64,000 bases of DNA from a virus. Where the stretch lies: the IMG/VR virus record IMGVR_UViG_3300033153_010610, positions 22,969 through 86,968 of that record; one strand, given 5' to 3'. A model generated the notes under the pieces. That model saw only the letters and a list, made by a program, of their open reading frames with translations, searched no databases and was not told where the DNA came from. The translations under genes were made by a program, and so were the position numbers. Below, one piece after another: positions 26,610-37,500 of the stretch. The stretch's first letter is position 1. The number at the start of each line of letters is the position of its first letter.

Positions 26610-27379
26610 TGCTGTCCTTCTCTTTAGACATGTCTGAACTCGTCAAAACGATTGATTGGGTCGTGTCTACGGGTGACGCATTCCGGTCGGTGCTCGCGAT
26701 TGAGCTCACAGCATTCTTCCGAGAACAAGTCATCGCGAAGGCTGGGACCGTCCTTTCATCCAGGACAGTGAATCGGTATATCGATGGGCTCTCGGAGGTC
26801 AAGATAACTCCCGAAGGCGCTGAGCTTGAATTAGCCGAAGGGCTGCCCACATGGATTGAGGAGGGGAAGGAAGCTCACGTCATGAAAGGGGACGGGCATA
26901 TTGTCCCCTTCTTCTTCTGGCCAAAAACTCAGGGTTGGCAGAAGAAGAAGCATGGCGGCTCTTACGTCAATCCAAAAATCCTCAAGCGCATGCTGGACAA
27001 ACAATTCCGTACCACACCGGGCGTGCATTTCCGGAAAGCTGGGGGTAAGGCGCCGGGATGGAAGGTTCGTCAGTTCACGAGGCGAAACCCGCAGTCAGGG
27101 GAGAAGGAGAAGGTCGGAGATTGGAGAGGCCGTGTGAATGCTTCCGACATCGGGAAGAAGCGCCCATGGCACAAACACAGCATGCAGCACAGCATGTATC
27201 GCATTCGTAGCAGCCGCAAAGACATGGCGAGCCCATTCGGGATTACCTTCCGCACCAATGATGGCACGTGGCAGCATCCTGGCATCAAGGCTCACAAGTT
27301 TTTTGAGATTGCTGGTAGACGAGTGGACGAGAATCTGTCCAGTATAGCTAATCGTCTTTTCCGGGAGTTGTTCGGCTGA
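26609..27379 (+). CDS. Neck/tail completion protein
   Basis: Basic; ITFRT..WQHPGIKA; position. Confidence 0.6.
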   Translation: MLSFSLDMSELVKTIDWVVSTGDAFRSVLAIELTAFFREQVIAKAGTVLSSRTVNRYIDGLSEVKITPEGAELELAEGLPTWIEEGKEAHVMKGDGHIVPFFFWPKTQGWQKKKHGGSYVNPKILKRMLDKQFRTTPGVHFRKAGGKAPGWKVRQFTRRNPQSGEKEKVGDWRGRVNASDIGKKRPWHKHSMQHSMYRIRSSRKDMASPFGITFRTNDGTWQHPGIKAHKFFEIAGRRVDENLSSIANRLFRELFG

Positions 27380-28152
27380 TGGCAGATGCCCCCGATTTCA
27401 TTGATGTAGAAGACCTTGTTCCCCCATTGCCGGGGTCCAGGGCTCGCCCTGCTGATGCAAGTTGGCCAGAATCGAGTACGCTCCCGCAGCGGGCTTTGGG
27501 GCTGATACTGACTGGTGGGGTCGAGTACTATGCCCAACCTGCCAACCAAAGCTCAGTCCGCCGTGCTATGCCCTTCCTGGAAGCAGCAGAACTGCTCATA
27601 GTAGAGCAATTGGTTCGAGAGAGACCGCTGAAGGTGGTCCACAACTTCCCTAAGAGCTTAGCCGACTTGCCCACGTTGGCGATCATCCTCGGGAAAGAGG
27701 AGACGGCTCAAGATGAGGCTCTCCTCGACCACTACGCGACCATCGGCGAAGACACCTACGGGGACTCTGGGTGGGGGCATATCGATGTCCACACGGTAGG
27801 CTTCAACACGGTGATAACCCTGTTGATTGTGACTCAAAACCCAGACGTCACCACGTACTGGTACGAACTGGTGAAGTTCATCCTGATTCAATCCAGGACT
27901 ATCTTAGCCAGACTGGGGATTGATATCCCACGCCTTTCGGGCGCAGACATCGAGACCTTGGACGGCGACAAGGCGGAGTTGGTGTACATGCGGGAGTTGA
28001 CGCTCTCCTTCCGGACACGCCAAGTCTTTGCTAAAGAGGCGCCGCTGTTAACGTACATCGACTTGTACATCCAAGAGAATTTGACTCGTGAGCAGATAAC
28101 GGTCGGGTCGGTATCCATCGATACAGTTCTGATGGGAGAAGAAGAGTCATAA
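27379..28152 (+). CDS. Tail terminator-like protein
   Basis: NFPKS..LPTLAIILGKEE; position before the sheath. Confidence 0.6.
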   Translation: MADAPDFIDVEDLVPPLPGSRARPADASWPESSTLPQRALGLILTGGVEYYAQPANQSSVRRAMPFLEAAELLIVEQLVRERPLKVVHNFPKSLADLPTLAIILGKEETAQDEALLDHYATIGEDTYGDSGWGHIDVHTVGFNTVITLLIVTQNPDVTTYWYELVKFILIQSRTILARLGIDIPRLSGADIETLDGDKAELVYMRELTLSFRTRQVFAKEAPLLTYIDLYIQENLTREQITVGSVSIDTVLMGEEES

Positions 28153-28218
28153 GTCACACCGAATTGCTCTGCTCAAAAGTTTGTGCGACACTACACGCGA
28201 TACAGCTTGAGGTGACCA

Positions 28219-28488
28219 ATGGCGGAGTCGACACGCCAAGCCAGCAAGAACAAAGCTCAAAAGAGCAAGACTGTGGCACCAGCAACAGTTCCTGCTCCTC
28301 GAGTGGGCGCAAAGCCGGTCCATCGGAATTTGACACAGCGATTCACAGCAACACAGTTTGCTGCAATGCGTAATCTCATACCGGGAGCTTCAAAAGCCTT
28401 GTCATCGGCCACTTCAGAACCGCGTCGCTGGCGTACAGAGCGCGAGTGGTGGGCGATCTGGAATCGAATCATGGCTGAGCCGGTTTAG
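28219..28488 (+). CDS. Small basic hypothetical protein
   Basis: GAGGTG RBS; precedes the sheath. Confidence 0.55.
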   Translation: MAESTRQASKNKAQKSKTVAPATVPAPRVGAKPVHRNLTQRFTATQFAAMRNLIPGASKALSSATSEPRRWRTEREWWAIWNRIMAEPV

Positions 28489-28502
28489 AGCAGAGGATAA
28501 GC

Positions 28503-31031
28503 ATGGCGTCTGGAGTTACGGTAGACGGTCAGGAAGTTGTGGTCCCGGGGGTTTATAACAAGACTGACGTCAGTCGAGCCCAGACCCCGGGAATTGTTAC
28601 TGCTGGCATTCCGTGTTTGGTTGGCACCGCTGAAGATGGCGAGCCTCAAACCGTTCTGACATTCAACAGTCTCGACCAGGTGCGCGCCACGTTCCGATCT
28701 GGCGACATCCTAGAAGCTGCGGAAATCGTGTACGACGCTGTACGCGATGACCGTATCCAGGGACGACCTTCTACCCTCTTGGTAGTCAAGGTCAACAGCG
28801 ATACCCAGAGCGTTCACACCTTCAACTCGGCCTCTGGTCCGGCCATGACGGTCACCAGCACAGGGTACGGGTCATTTTCGGAGCGCGTCAGCGTCAACAT
28901 CGTTGCCGGGACGAACAATGGCATCAATCTGACCATTGCCCTGGATGGCGTGTCAGAGAACGTGGACGACCTCGGCGGCGAGGACCTCTTCAGCCTCGCG
29001 TATGCAGGTAGCGCCACCACGATGACCGCGACTGTCGATGCCACGGGGATGTTCTGCGAGCAGACGTTCACCAACATCGGACTCGACCTTGAGGTCGTTG
29101 CTGGCTATACCGCGACGGACGCCCCTCGAGTCGTCTCGGCCCATGCCTACGACGACTACCAGGTGGCCACCGTCTACGGGATCAGTGGTGGTGTGGCCGT
29201 CTCTGAGCAACTTACGCTCCAAGGAGTCACTCCAGTCCTCGGCTCCGTAGCGATGGACGAGGTGACTGGCGTCTCCTTCGATGCTCTCACCGGCGGAATC
29301 GTTTCAGTCAGTGACCAGCAGGGCGCCCCCAACGTCGTCGTCACTCACGCTGCCGACCTTGCGGCCGTTCATGTGGCTGGAGTTCTGCGAGTCAAGTCCA
29401 CCAACAATGTGGCAGACATCGGGCAGTTGGTCAGTATCCGCGGACGCTCCGCTCTTGGCACTCCGCTGTCAGAAGTGGTGACTCTGAATGGGACGACCAA
29501 GGTCCCAACGGTCGGTTTGTACACCAAGATCTCCTCGGTGGTCATCACTGGAGAAACCCTCGGTACGGTCACAGTCGAGGACTCTGCAACGACAGTTGCT
29601 GTCAGCATCGGAACTGGTATCGACCAGTACGCTGGGCTCTACCTCGAGGCCGGCATTCTGTACCTCACCGACCTGAGCGTCGATGGCGCCCTCACCCTTG
29701 CAGTCGATGCCGGAGGTTCAGTCAAGAATGTAGTGATCCGCGGGGTCACTAGCGTCGGTACGGTTGCCAACGAAGTCATTGTCCTAGGTGGAGCGGCACC
29801 AGCCACTGTGACGACCACCAACCTCTGGAAGACAGTCAGCCAGATTGAGTTGGGCGCAGTCGAGAACGCTCGCACCGTGACCTTCTCGGGCCGGTCGTTC
29901 ACAGCGCTGCTCGCCAACGGCTTCGACGACTTCGACGTCCTGGACGCCTACGTGAACTCGAAGCCCGGGTTCACGCTTGTGCTGCTCGCCACCGACATCG
30001 GTACCCGCGTGCTTTCGGAGGCTGACTACCTTGCTGGGGCCGTCATCAAGTCGGCCACGGTCGGCTTCACAGCAGACCTGACGGCCGCCATCGAGTGGAT
30101 CAACACCAACTCTGCGTTGATCACCGCGGTACGTGTCAGCGGTGGTACAGGGGAACTCTCGGTGCTGGCTACGCCTCAGTACCTATCTGGCGGGTCCGAC
30201 GCGACCGCGACGGCAGCCGATTACGACTCAGCCTTCACGCTGCTGAAATCAACTGAGTTGGACTACGTCGGGGTGCTGAGCAGTTCCGCGGCCGTGCATG
30301 CCTTCGCAGAAGCTCACGCCATCTTTATGGCTGGCGCCCTAGGTCGTTCTGACCGTTCCATCTACGTTGGGGCAGCGGCTAGCACTACCAAGACGGCACT
30401 CAAAGCAGCCACCGCGATTTTCTCGACGTCGCGCCACATGAACATGTCGTACCAGGAGATTAAGCGCCGCAATTCCGACGGGGACCTGACCTGGTACGCC
30501 CCGATATTCGCTGCGGCCCTCCAGATGGGCGCACAGGCGAGTGTGAGACGAGGCGTTCCGCTGACGCATAAGCGGGCCAACATCTTGGCCACGCGTGAGC
30601 ACTCAACTATCGACTCGACGGTGGATGCCGGCGAACTCATCAAGGCTGGCATCTCGAACATCATCTCGCATCCCACGATGGGATACATCTGGCAGCGAAC
30701 GGTTACCACCTACACCAGGCGGACCATCAACGCTTTTCAGGAGAGTTCGGCGAACGACGCAGCGAACGGATCCATCAAGAACCTCCGCAATGAACTCGAT
30801 GAACGGATCGTCGGCCAGGCGGATGTGGACACCTCACCAGCGGCCATCAAACGGCTTACTGAGGACCTCCTCGAGGCTCAGGTCTCGTCGAAACTGATCT
30901 CTGACTTCGAGAATGTCACTGTCGCCGCGTCCGGGACGCAGGTCGCAGTCGCGTACGGTGTAGCTCCGGCGCTGCCTCGCAACTTTGTGGTCCTCACCAC
31001 GCACCTCTTCGAAACTTCGGCAGCCGCCTAG
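28503..31031 (+). CDS. Tail sheath protein with large insertion
   Basis: PGVY, LVGTAEDGEP..FRSGDIL, YLSGGSD, PLTHK, C-terminal sheath core. Confidence 0.92.
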   Translation: MASGVTVDGQEVVVPGVYNKTDVSRAQTPGIVTAGIPCLVGTAEDGEPQTVLTFNSLDQVRATFRSGDILEAAEIVYDAVRDDRIQGRPSTLLVVKVNSDTQSVHTFNSASGPAMTVTSTGYGSFSERVSVNIVAGTNNGINLTIALDGVSENVDDLGGEDLFSLAYAGSATTMTATVDATGMFCEQTFTNIGLDLEVVAGYTATDAPRVVSAHAYDDYQVATVYGISGGVAVSEQLTLQGVTPVLGSVAMDEVTGVSFDALTGGIVSVSDQQGAPNVVVTHAADLAAVHVAGVLRVKSTNNVADIGQLVSIRGRSALGTPLSEVVTLNGTTKVPTVGLYTKISSVVITGETLGTVTVEDSATTVAVSIGTGIDQYAGLYLEAGILYLTDLSVDGALTLAVDAGGSVKNVVIRGVTSVGTVANEVIVLGGAAPATVTTTNLWKTVSQIELGAVENARTVTFSGRSFTALLANGFDDFDVLDAYVNSKPGFTLVLLATDIGTRVLSEADYLAGAVIKSATVGFTADLTAAIEWINTNSALITAVRVSGGTGELSVLATPQYLSGGSDATATAADYDSAFTLLKSTELDYVGVLSSSAAVHAFAEAHAIFMAGALGRSDRSIYVGAAASTTKTALKAATAIFSTSRHMNMSYQEIKRRNSDGDLTWYAPIFAAALQMGAQASVRRGVPLTHKRANILATREHSTIDSTVDAGELIKAGISNIISHPTMGYIWQRTVTTYTRRTINAFQESSANDAANGSIKNLRNELDERIVGQADVDTSPAAIKRLTEDLLEAQVSSKLISDFENVTVAASGTQVAVAYGVAPALPRNFVVLTTHLFETSAAA

Positions 31032-31044
31032 TAGGGAGTGAGCA

Positions 31045-31500
31045 ATGGCTACGTCTTTGTCTGAAGGTCCTCGTGGCCGAGTTATCACGGGAGCGCGCGC
31101 CCGGCTCTTGGTAAATAACGTCAAGATCGGTTACGTGACTGGCCTCGACGTGTCGTTGGACATCTCCATCGAGGCGGTCGAGCCGATCGACACCATCGTT
31201 GCTGAAGAGTTGGTGACCACAGGCCTTCGTTGCAGTTGGAGCGCGCGCATGGTGCGTGTCTACAACCAGAACGAATTCGGCGAGGTCTGGTTCCAGAGCT
31301 TCGACGAATTGACTCGTGGTGGGCGTGAGCTCAGCATGCATGTCCTTGACACGGTCGAGGATGAAGTCGTACATGCACTCAACGGGGTCAAGGTGGGCCA
31401 GTTGTCCTTCAACGTAGAAGGGCGCAGTCTCGCCGCACGCAATATCTCAGGTCAGGCCCGTTACTCCAAGCTTGAGACGCAGCCGAATCTGAGAGGCTAA
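31045..31500 (+). CDS. Tail tube protein
   Basis: 151 aa after the sheath; VITGARARL..IGYVTG. Confidence 0.8.
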   Translation: MATSLSEGPRGRVITGARARLLVNNVKIGYVTGLDVSLDISIEAVEPIDTIVAEELVTTGLRCSWSARMVRVYNQNEFGEVWFQSFDELTRGGRELSMHVLDTVEDEVVHALNGVKVGQLSFNVEGRSLAARNISGQARYSKLETQPNLRG

Positions 31501-31503
31501 CTG

Positions 31504-31935
31504 ATGTCAAAAGTCGCCGTCCTAAGTCCTCCTGAGAGCCCTGAAGTTGTTCGCGAGGTCCAGGAGGAAGCACTCATCAACGAGAAGCCGGCGGCGGCTG
31601 AACCGGTCGGGCGTTACAAGAGCTTCAAGATCGACGTCTGGTCCAAATTCCTCGAGCGTCAGTTGAAGGGGACGTTCGTCAACGACATCCTGACTCCTCG
31701 GATGAACATCACCGTCGGCTCCGTAAAGTCCCAACTCCTTGCCGGAGCGAGCGCGACTACATTGGACGGCGGCACTCAAGTCACAGCCGAGAAGATCGCT
31801 CATCTGTCCGTCTCTCTGAGCGAAAAGCCGGACTGGTTCGAGCCGCAATCCTTCGAGGACTCCAAGGTCCTTGAGCTTATCTACCAGGAGGCGGCCTCTC
31901 ATGAGGCCACTTTTTGGGGGTCGGAGCCCGACTAA
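31504..31935 (+). CDS. Tail assembly chaperone
   Basis: Between tube and tape measure; HLSVSLSEKPDWF. Confidence 0.7.
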   Translation: MSKVAVLSPPESPEVVREVQEEALINEKPAAAEPVGRYKSFKIDVWSKFLERQLKGTFVNDILTPRMNITVGSVKSQLLAGASATTLDGGTQVTAEKIAHLSVSLSEKPDWFEPQSFEDSKVLELIYQEAASHEATFWGSEPD

Positions 31936-32317
31936 AACAGGTAAGCCACCCAATCCGCTGCAGACCATTCTAGATGGTGTTCGCCAGCGGTCGAATACAC
32001 TTACAAGTCAAGTGCGCCTTTGGTGGGAGACCCAGTGGTCACAACCATCTCGTGGCAATTCGCTGTGGGAGGATGTGCCTTTTACGGACCATCTTCGTTC
32101 GCTCCTAGAGCGACGTCTAAATGAAGGCGTGGTACCCTTGATCCATGAAGGGAACCTCTACCTTTACGAGGATGAGGCTGGCCATATCATGCAAGAGAAG
32201 CGTGATGATGGGATGACGTACTTGACGTACTTCGACGAGAATACAGACGATTGGGTGATGCGGGAGTTCGGTGAGGGATCAGACTTCCAGAATCCGTTGG
32301 AGTTGCTGAATGCGTGA
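31901..32317 (+). CDS. Tail assembly chaperone second ORF (GT-like; frameshift product or independent start)
   Basis: Overlaps the previous gene in the +1 frame across TTTTTGGGGG; AGGAGG 9 nt before ATG 31901. Confidence 0.6.
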   Translation: MRPLFGGRSPTKTGKPPNPLQTILDGVRQRSNTLTSQVRLWWETQWSQPSRGNSLWEDVPFTDHLRSLLERRLNEGVVPLIHEGNLYLYEDEAGHIMQEKRDDGMTYLTYFDENTDDWVMREFGEGSDFQNPLELLNA

Positions 32318-34547
32318 CGTAAAAGTCGGTTTTACAATTGAGAGTTCTCAATGGCGCGAGTGGGCCGCCGACGCGCGTTTCGCATTCAACATGGCTCAGA
32401 CGGCTGGCGATAAAGCCTCCGCAAAACTGAAGTCTGGTTCAGAACAACTCAAAGACTCCCTTCGAGCACAAAACAACGAACTGACAAGTCTGGCTCGTTC
32501 ACATACAGAAAACGCCAGAGTCTTGAACCGAAGCGCACGGGGATGGACTCAACTAGGCCTAGTCCAAAAAGGCGTCACGACTGGATTACAGAAGAGCCTC
32601 GAGGGTCTCACGCGTCGCTACGAGGCTTATGACATCGCCTCAGTCAGGTCCATTGAGACGCAGAAGACTAGGGTCTCTGGGATCAAAGAAGAGGTCCGAT
32701 ATACCAAGGAACTCATTCAGATACATGACAAAGAGGCTAAGAAGAGCACGGCTACTCCTGCTCAGAAAGCCGCCTCTGAGCTCGCTTCTCAACTTGAGGG
32801 CGCTAACCTCGTCAGCAAGCAGATCAGTTTGAGAACAGAGTCTGAATCCCTCCGAAAGATGCGTGAAGCTAAAACGTTAGATAAGGCCGAAGGGCAGGCG
32901 AAGAGTCTCGTTATCCGGGATGACATCTCGCTAAGCCGCAAGGACCAAGACTTCTTGTACGCTAAGGCGGCCGAGGAAAGGACAAGAGCGACCATAGCGA
33001 GTTCTGACGCTGCAAACGTTAGGAACATTACCGCTGAGCGCAAAGCCCAGGCCAAAATCATGGTCGAGGATGAAACGCGGAAAGAGGAAGCAGAAGCGCT
33101 TCGCCTTGAAGCCCGCGCTAATTCTCCGCTCGGCCGACTCAGAGGCTGGGCTGGAGGCAAAGACATCAACTATGGGTGGGCCGGCCAAGGCATGGGGAAC
33201 GCCTACCAAAACCTCGCTACAGGTGATGCGACGAACCCCATCGGGGCTATCGCTCCGGTGGTCGGGGCCATAGGGTCTATAGCTGGTACCGCTGGTGGCG
33301 GGCTGGCGGGTCTAATTTCTGACCTGAACATCCCGCTCATCAGTGCAGCAGGAGGGTTCATGCGGAGGTTTGCGGAGGTCGCCGGCCCCATGGCGGAGGC
33401 GGTGCTTATCTCTGGCATGGAGAACGCCCAACAGGTCTATGGGAAGTATGCCGGGTATGAAAGTTCCGTATACCAGGCAGCCCCATTTCTGGGAATGGCT
33501 AGTAATTTGACGATGCCGAGAGGGCGCGCTGGAGTTGATGGTGACATCTTCAGCCTCATGGAACAGCAGGGGTATGACCCATCGTCTGGTATCCAAGCCA
33601 TTAGCCAATTAGCGCAGGCCTCAGGAACTAACTTTGGGGGCCTTGAGTCTGGAGGCGTAGAATTCCTGAACATGTTGCGCAGCGGGATTGGAGAGCAAGG
33701 CATCACCGGAATGATGGGACTGGGGCGTCTCGGTGGTGGTGGCGGAGGTGAAGCGAACGCCTTTTCTGCACTCACTGCCCTAATGCGCACATCTCAAGGA
33801 TTAGGGATGCCTCCTCAAATGGCGTCTCAATTGGCTTCCGGGTTTGGAAGTATGCTCGGAGGTATTGGGGATTCTGGCGTCGACTTCAACCTAGAAGGAT
33901 TGACGACCAACCTTGGGGAGTACAGTGCGTTCTCTGGCCTTGAGGGGACCCGTGGACTCACGGCTATGCAAGGCATGTCCAACGTGATGGGCCGAGCCTC
34001 TCAGGGCGGCATGGACCCGATGATGCAGAGCCTCATCTGGGGAGCAGCCAAAGACATCGGCGTCACTGACTATCTCAGCATCATGAGGCTCCTTGAGCAG
34101 CGTGACCCTGACCTCATGGAAGCGATCCGCTTACGAATGTCCGGTCTCGGCCCGATGGGCGGCTTAATTGCATCTCGGGCTGGGGTTGGGAGCATCGGGA
34201 TATCTGAGAACTTTTTGGCTGGAGAGATGGGTGGTGCGCCCGCTGGTGCTCAGTACGAAGCACAGATCTCGCGGGGTCAAATGGTCGAAGCCAATGTTGA
34301 AGGCGCCCAAATTGCCGCCGGGGCTCCTCTGGCTGATAGCGTAGAGACGTTGTCACGTAGCTTAATTACCCTGCAGGCAAGTAGTGCGGCGGTAGGCATC
34401 GCATTCACCGAGATCGTTGAGCAATTTCTCCCGGCATTGAGCGGCATGCTCGTGGGTATAACGGCCGAATCTCTGGAATTTGTAGGTGCAGTTACGGCCG
34501 AACAGGCTGACGAACTTCACAAATCCTCAGCACCTGCTACTCGTTAG
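32310..34547 (+). CDS. Tape measure protein
   Basis: Coiled-coil N-half, Gly/Ala/Met-rich C-half; position. Confidence 0.8.
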   Translation: MRDVKVGFTIESSQWREWAADARFAFNMAQTAGDKASAKLKSGSEQLKDSLRAQNNELTSLARSHTENARVLNRSARGWTQLGLVQKGVTTGLQKSLEGLTRRYEAYDIASVRSIETQKTRVSGIKEEVRYTKELIQIHDKEAKKSTATPAQKAASELASQLEGANLVSKQISLRTESESLRKMREAKTLDKAEGQAKSLVIRDDISLSRKDQDFLYAKAAEERTRATIASSDAANVRNITAERKAQAKIMVEDETRKEEAEALRLEARANSPLGRLRGWAGGKDINYGWAGQGMGNAYQNLATGDATNPIGAIAPVVGAIGSIAGTAGGGLAGLISDLNIPLISAAGGFMRRFAEVAGPMAEAVLISGMENAQQVYGKYAGYESSVYQAAPFLGMASNLTMPRGRAGVDGDIFSLMEQQGYDPSSGIQAISQLAQASGTNFGGLESGGVEFLNMLRSGIGEQGITGMMGLGRLGGGGGGEANAFSALTALMRTSQGLGMPPQMASQLASGFGSMLGGIGDSGVDFNLEGLTTNLGEYSAFSGLEGTRGLTAMQGMSNVMGRASQGGMDPMMQSLIWGAAKDIGVTDYLSIMRLLEQRDPDLMEAIRLRMSGLGPMGGLIASRAGVGSIGISENFLAGEMGGAPAGAQYEAQISRGQMVEANVEGAQIAAGAPLADSVETLSRSLITLQASSAAVGIAFTEIVEQFLPALSGMLVGITAESLEFVGAVTAEQADELHKSSAPATR

Positions 34548-34553
34548 GTTGAT

Positions 34554-37500
34554 ATGGGAACGCTTCGTACCTCTCAAGTCCGCGCCTACGTCTACCCGTT
34601 TGACGAAGAGCGGCCCATCGATGTCAGCAAGTACCTCGTCAACATGCGAGTTTCTCGTAAGACGGATGTTGGAGGTGCGTGGAGCTTGGCTCTCGTCCCA
34701 GAGTTCCCGTTCATCTCTATACTACAGTTAGGCTCCTGGGTTCGCATTGAAGCTCAGACGGGCCCGGCGATGCGATTCCGAACGTTAGTGTGGGGGAGAA
34801 TCGACATCGTCTCACGCAAAGTGGCGTCCACAGGCGCGGGAGCTCGTAAACGCATCCATGCGATTTCTGGACGTGACCACTCGGGCGTGTTCCTGGACTA
34901 CGCTGTCTACTTCAATCCGTTCCTGTCGATGCGGACGGAACAACTTGGGGTCATTACCCCCGCCGCCCCTCTCCTGAGCCGAGACTTTGTGGATGGGATG
35001 GAACTTGCTGCTGCGGAGGGACTGGGGGGGAATCCAGCTTCGTACGTCAAGTTCATCTACACGGTCTTCCTGGAGAGGGGAGTGTCATCCATACAGCGCT
35101 TCAGCCTCCCAACTTCTGCTGGGCCAGACATCCTCCGCACTGGGGCTGTGCTGACCGATAACCAGTACACAGAACTCGTTGACTTTATCTATGGTCCACA
35201 GGCAACGGCGCTCAGTCTGCCGGGGATGAAGGGCATCTTCTTCGACGATTCAATCCTGTCGACATCTGATGGTGGGCGTCTTTGGGATTTGATCCGCCAG
35301 TACAGTAACCCGTCCTTCAACGAGTTCTTCTTCACGATCAACAAAGCTACGGGCCGTCCGGAAATCCAATTCCGAGAGCGACCATTCCCGGCCTACGCAC
35401 TTCGGCCGAGTCCTCTAGAAACCGATTCCATCGCGGCAGCGATAAGGTCAGTTCGTAATCGAGCACGCGGGTCCCGCGAGATCTATATCGCTTCCCAACA
35501 GTGGGAAGACATTCTGGGTGTTGCGGTGTCCGGGCGCGACTTGTCAGCCATTAGCGTTTCTCGGGACGAGCAAGCTCGGTACAATTATTGGATGTTGTTC
35601 GCCGATGGGACGCCGTTACTTCATCAAGACCAGGTCTTTATGATGGGGGATGGCTATGATGATGGTGCGCCCATCTTGGATTTGGATTCCATCCAGAGAT
35701 ATGGGCTCAAGCGCTTTGAGGCGACCACCTATTACACTGGCTACCACGCTGATGCGACGGCAGAAATCTGGATCATCCCAGCGAGTTACTGGCTGGCCCA
35801 GTTGTATTCCTGGTACTCGCTCGGGCCTTCGTTCCTGAAAGGTACAGCGAGCCTGCCATACCTCGAGCGGGCAGAAGTAGGTGAACGCTTCTGGGTCAAG
35901 GAAGACGATGGTGGGTTCACAGAGTACTACATTAACGGCGTAACCTGGCAGTGGTCTAAGGGTGCTCAGGGAGAGAGTAAGGCGTCAACCAACCTCACGA
36001 TATCTCGCGGCATCACTGGAATTAACGGGACGGTTCATCGCGGCGAACACCATGACCTGTTGGAGTGGGACGTCTCCAACAATTACCCGCTTCCTATGCC
36101 ACCTCCACGAGACGTGAAGACCCTCCTGGAAGCTGCAGCCCTGGACCACCGTACTTGGAATGACCCAAGCCAATTCGACCGGGAGTCGAGCAATATCGAC
36201 TTTGAATCTGGTTGGGAGATCAATCGACAGCCGTTGGAGTACCAAACCTCTGACGCGTCTCTGGTCTCGACACTCGTGGATATGTGGTCTGCCCGAGCTG
36301 AGAACTGCCCGCCAAGATACTCGACCAGAGAAACCTTGAACGACAACATGTTTGGGACGGCCTATGTTGCGTACTTCGAGGGCGACGGAGGTGCTCTCGG
36401 AACTGGGGATGAGGATGCAGAAGGCTACTTCTACCATGCCGACGATGAGTTGAGTGAAGCCACGCTGATTGATACGTCACATGAGGCGGAGGAACAAACA
36501 CAACTCACGTATGTCGACCTCGACATTTTGGGGTTCTTAGGTTCGAGCAGTTTCGGGGGCGATAATCCAATCGCCGTTGTGCTGCATTCTACAGCAACTA
36601 CTACGTACGGGCGTGGGAGGGGGACGCGTCGATTCAACACGTTCATGCGTAATCATGAATACGACGAAGCCCTGACGGCGATTGCCAATTTGTTCACCAA
36701 CAATTGGATCTCTCACGAGGTGCCTCTCTCATTAACAACTCATTTCCTGATTTCGCTAGAGGGCTTCATTGTCCAATTCCTTCCGCTCAATAAAGAGGCG
36801 TGGAGCGCTGGATCCGCCGCGAACGATTTAGCGATTGCTATCGACCTAGAAGGTAAGCCCAGAGATCATACGAAGGCCCAAAAGGAGTCTCTCCGTTTGT
36901 TGCTAGAGTCGTCGGAACTTCGTCGGATGGCCATCTTCCCACATCGCTCAATCCCACCTACCACGCACACTGACCCCGATGGGCATGTCGAGTCCGATTG
37001 GGGATGGGGCACACCGCCGTATCATATGGTAGCAGTCCCCGCGGAACCTTCAGCAGGTCCTCCTCGAGTCCCTCTCGGGATGGAAGTAGGTGGTCATGTG
37101 GACTCTTGGGAGGGCGACGTCCAGAGGATTTCAGCGGAGTTGCTGGCCTACACAGGCCCCCGCAATCTCTCCGGCCCTATCAGTTCTCTCGTTGGTAACG
37201 CCGCGCATATAAATGCAGCGGAGGGATGGAGTTTAGATGGGGTATCTCTCTACACCGATCGCACATCTTCGTTTGTAGGGTCGCAGCAAGTCTTGTATGG
37301 GATTCCTGTCGGGCTTGATATGGTGGATACGGGCGTGTACCAGAATCTCCTCTGGGAGAATGGGGTCGAGATAGCCGATGTAGCAGACCTGACGTACCTA
37401 CGCGACCCAAGGAAGGTCCAGGAGCTCGCGGAAGCGGGCGTTGAGCCCTTCTGGTACGATTCGGATGACGAGCGGACGATGTTTGCTATCCCGCCTCCGA

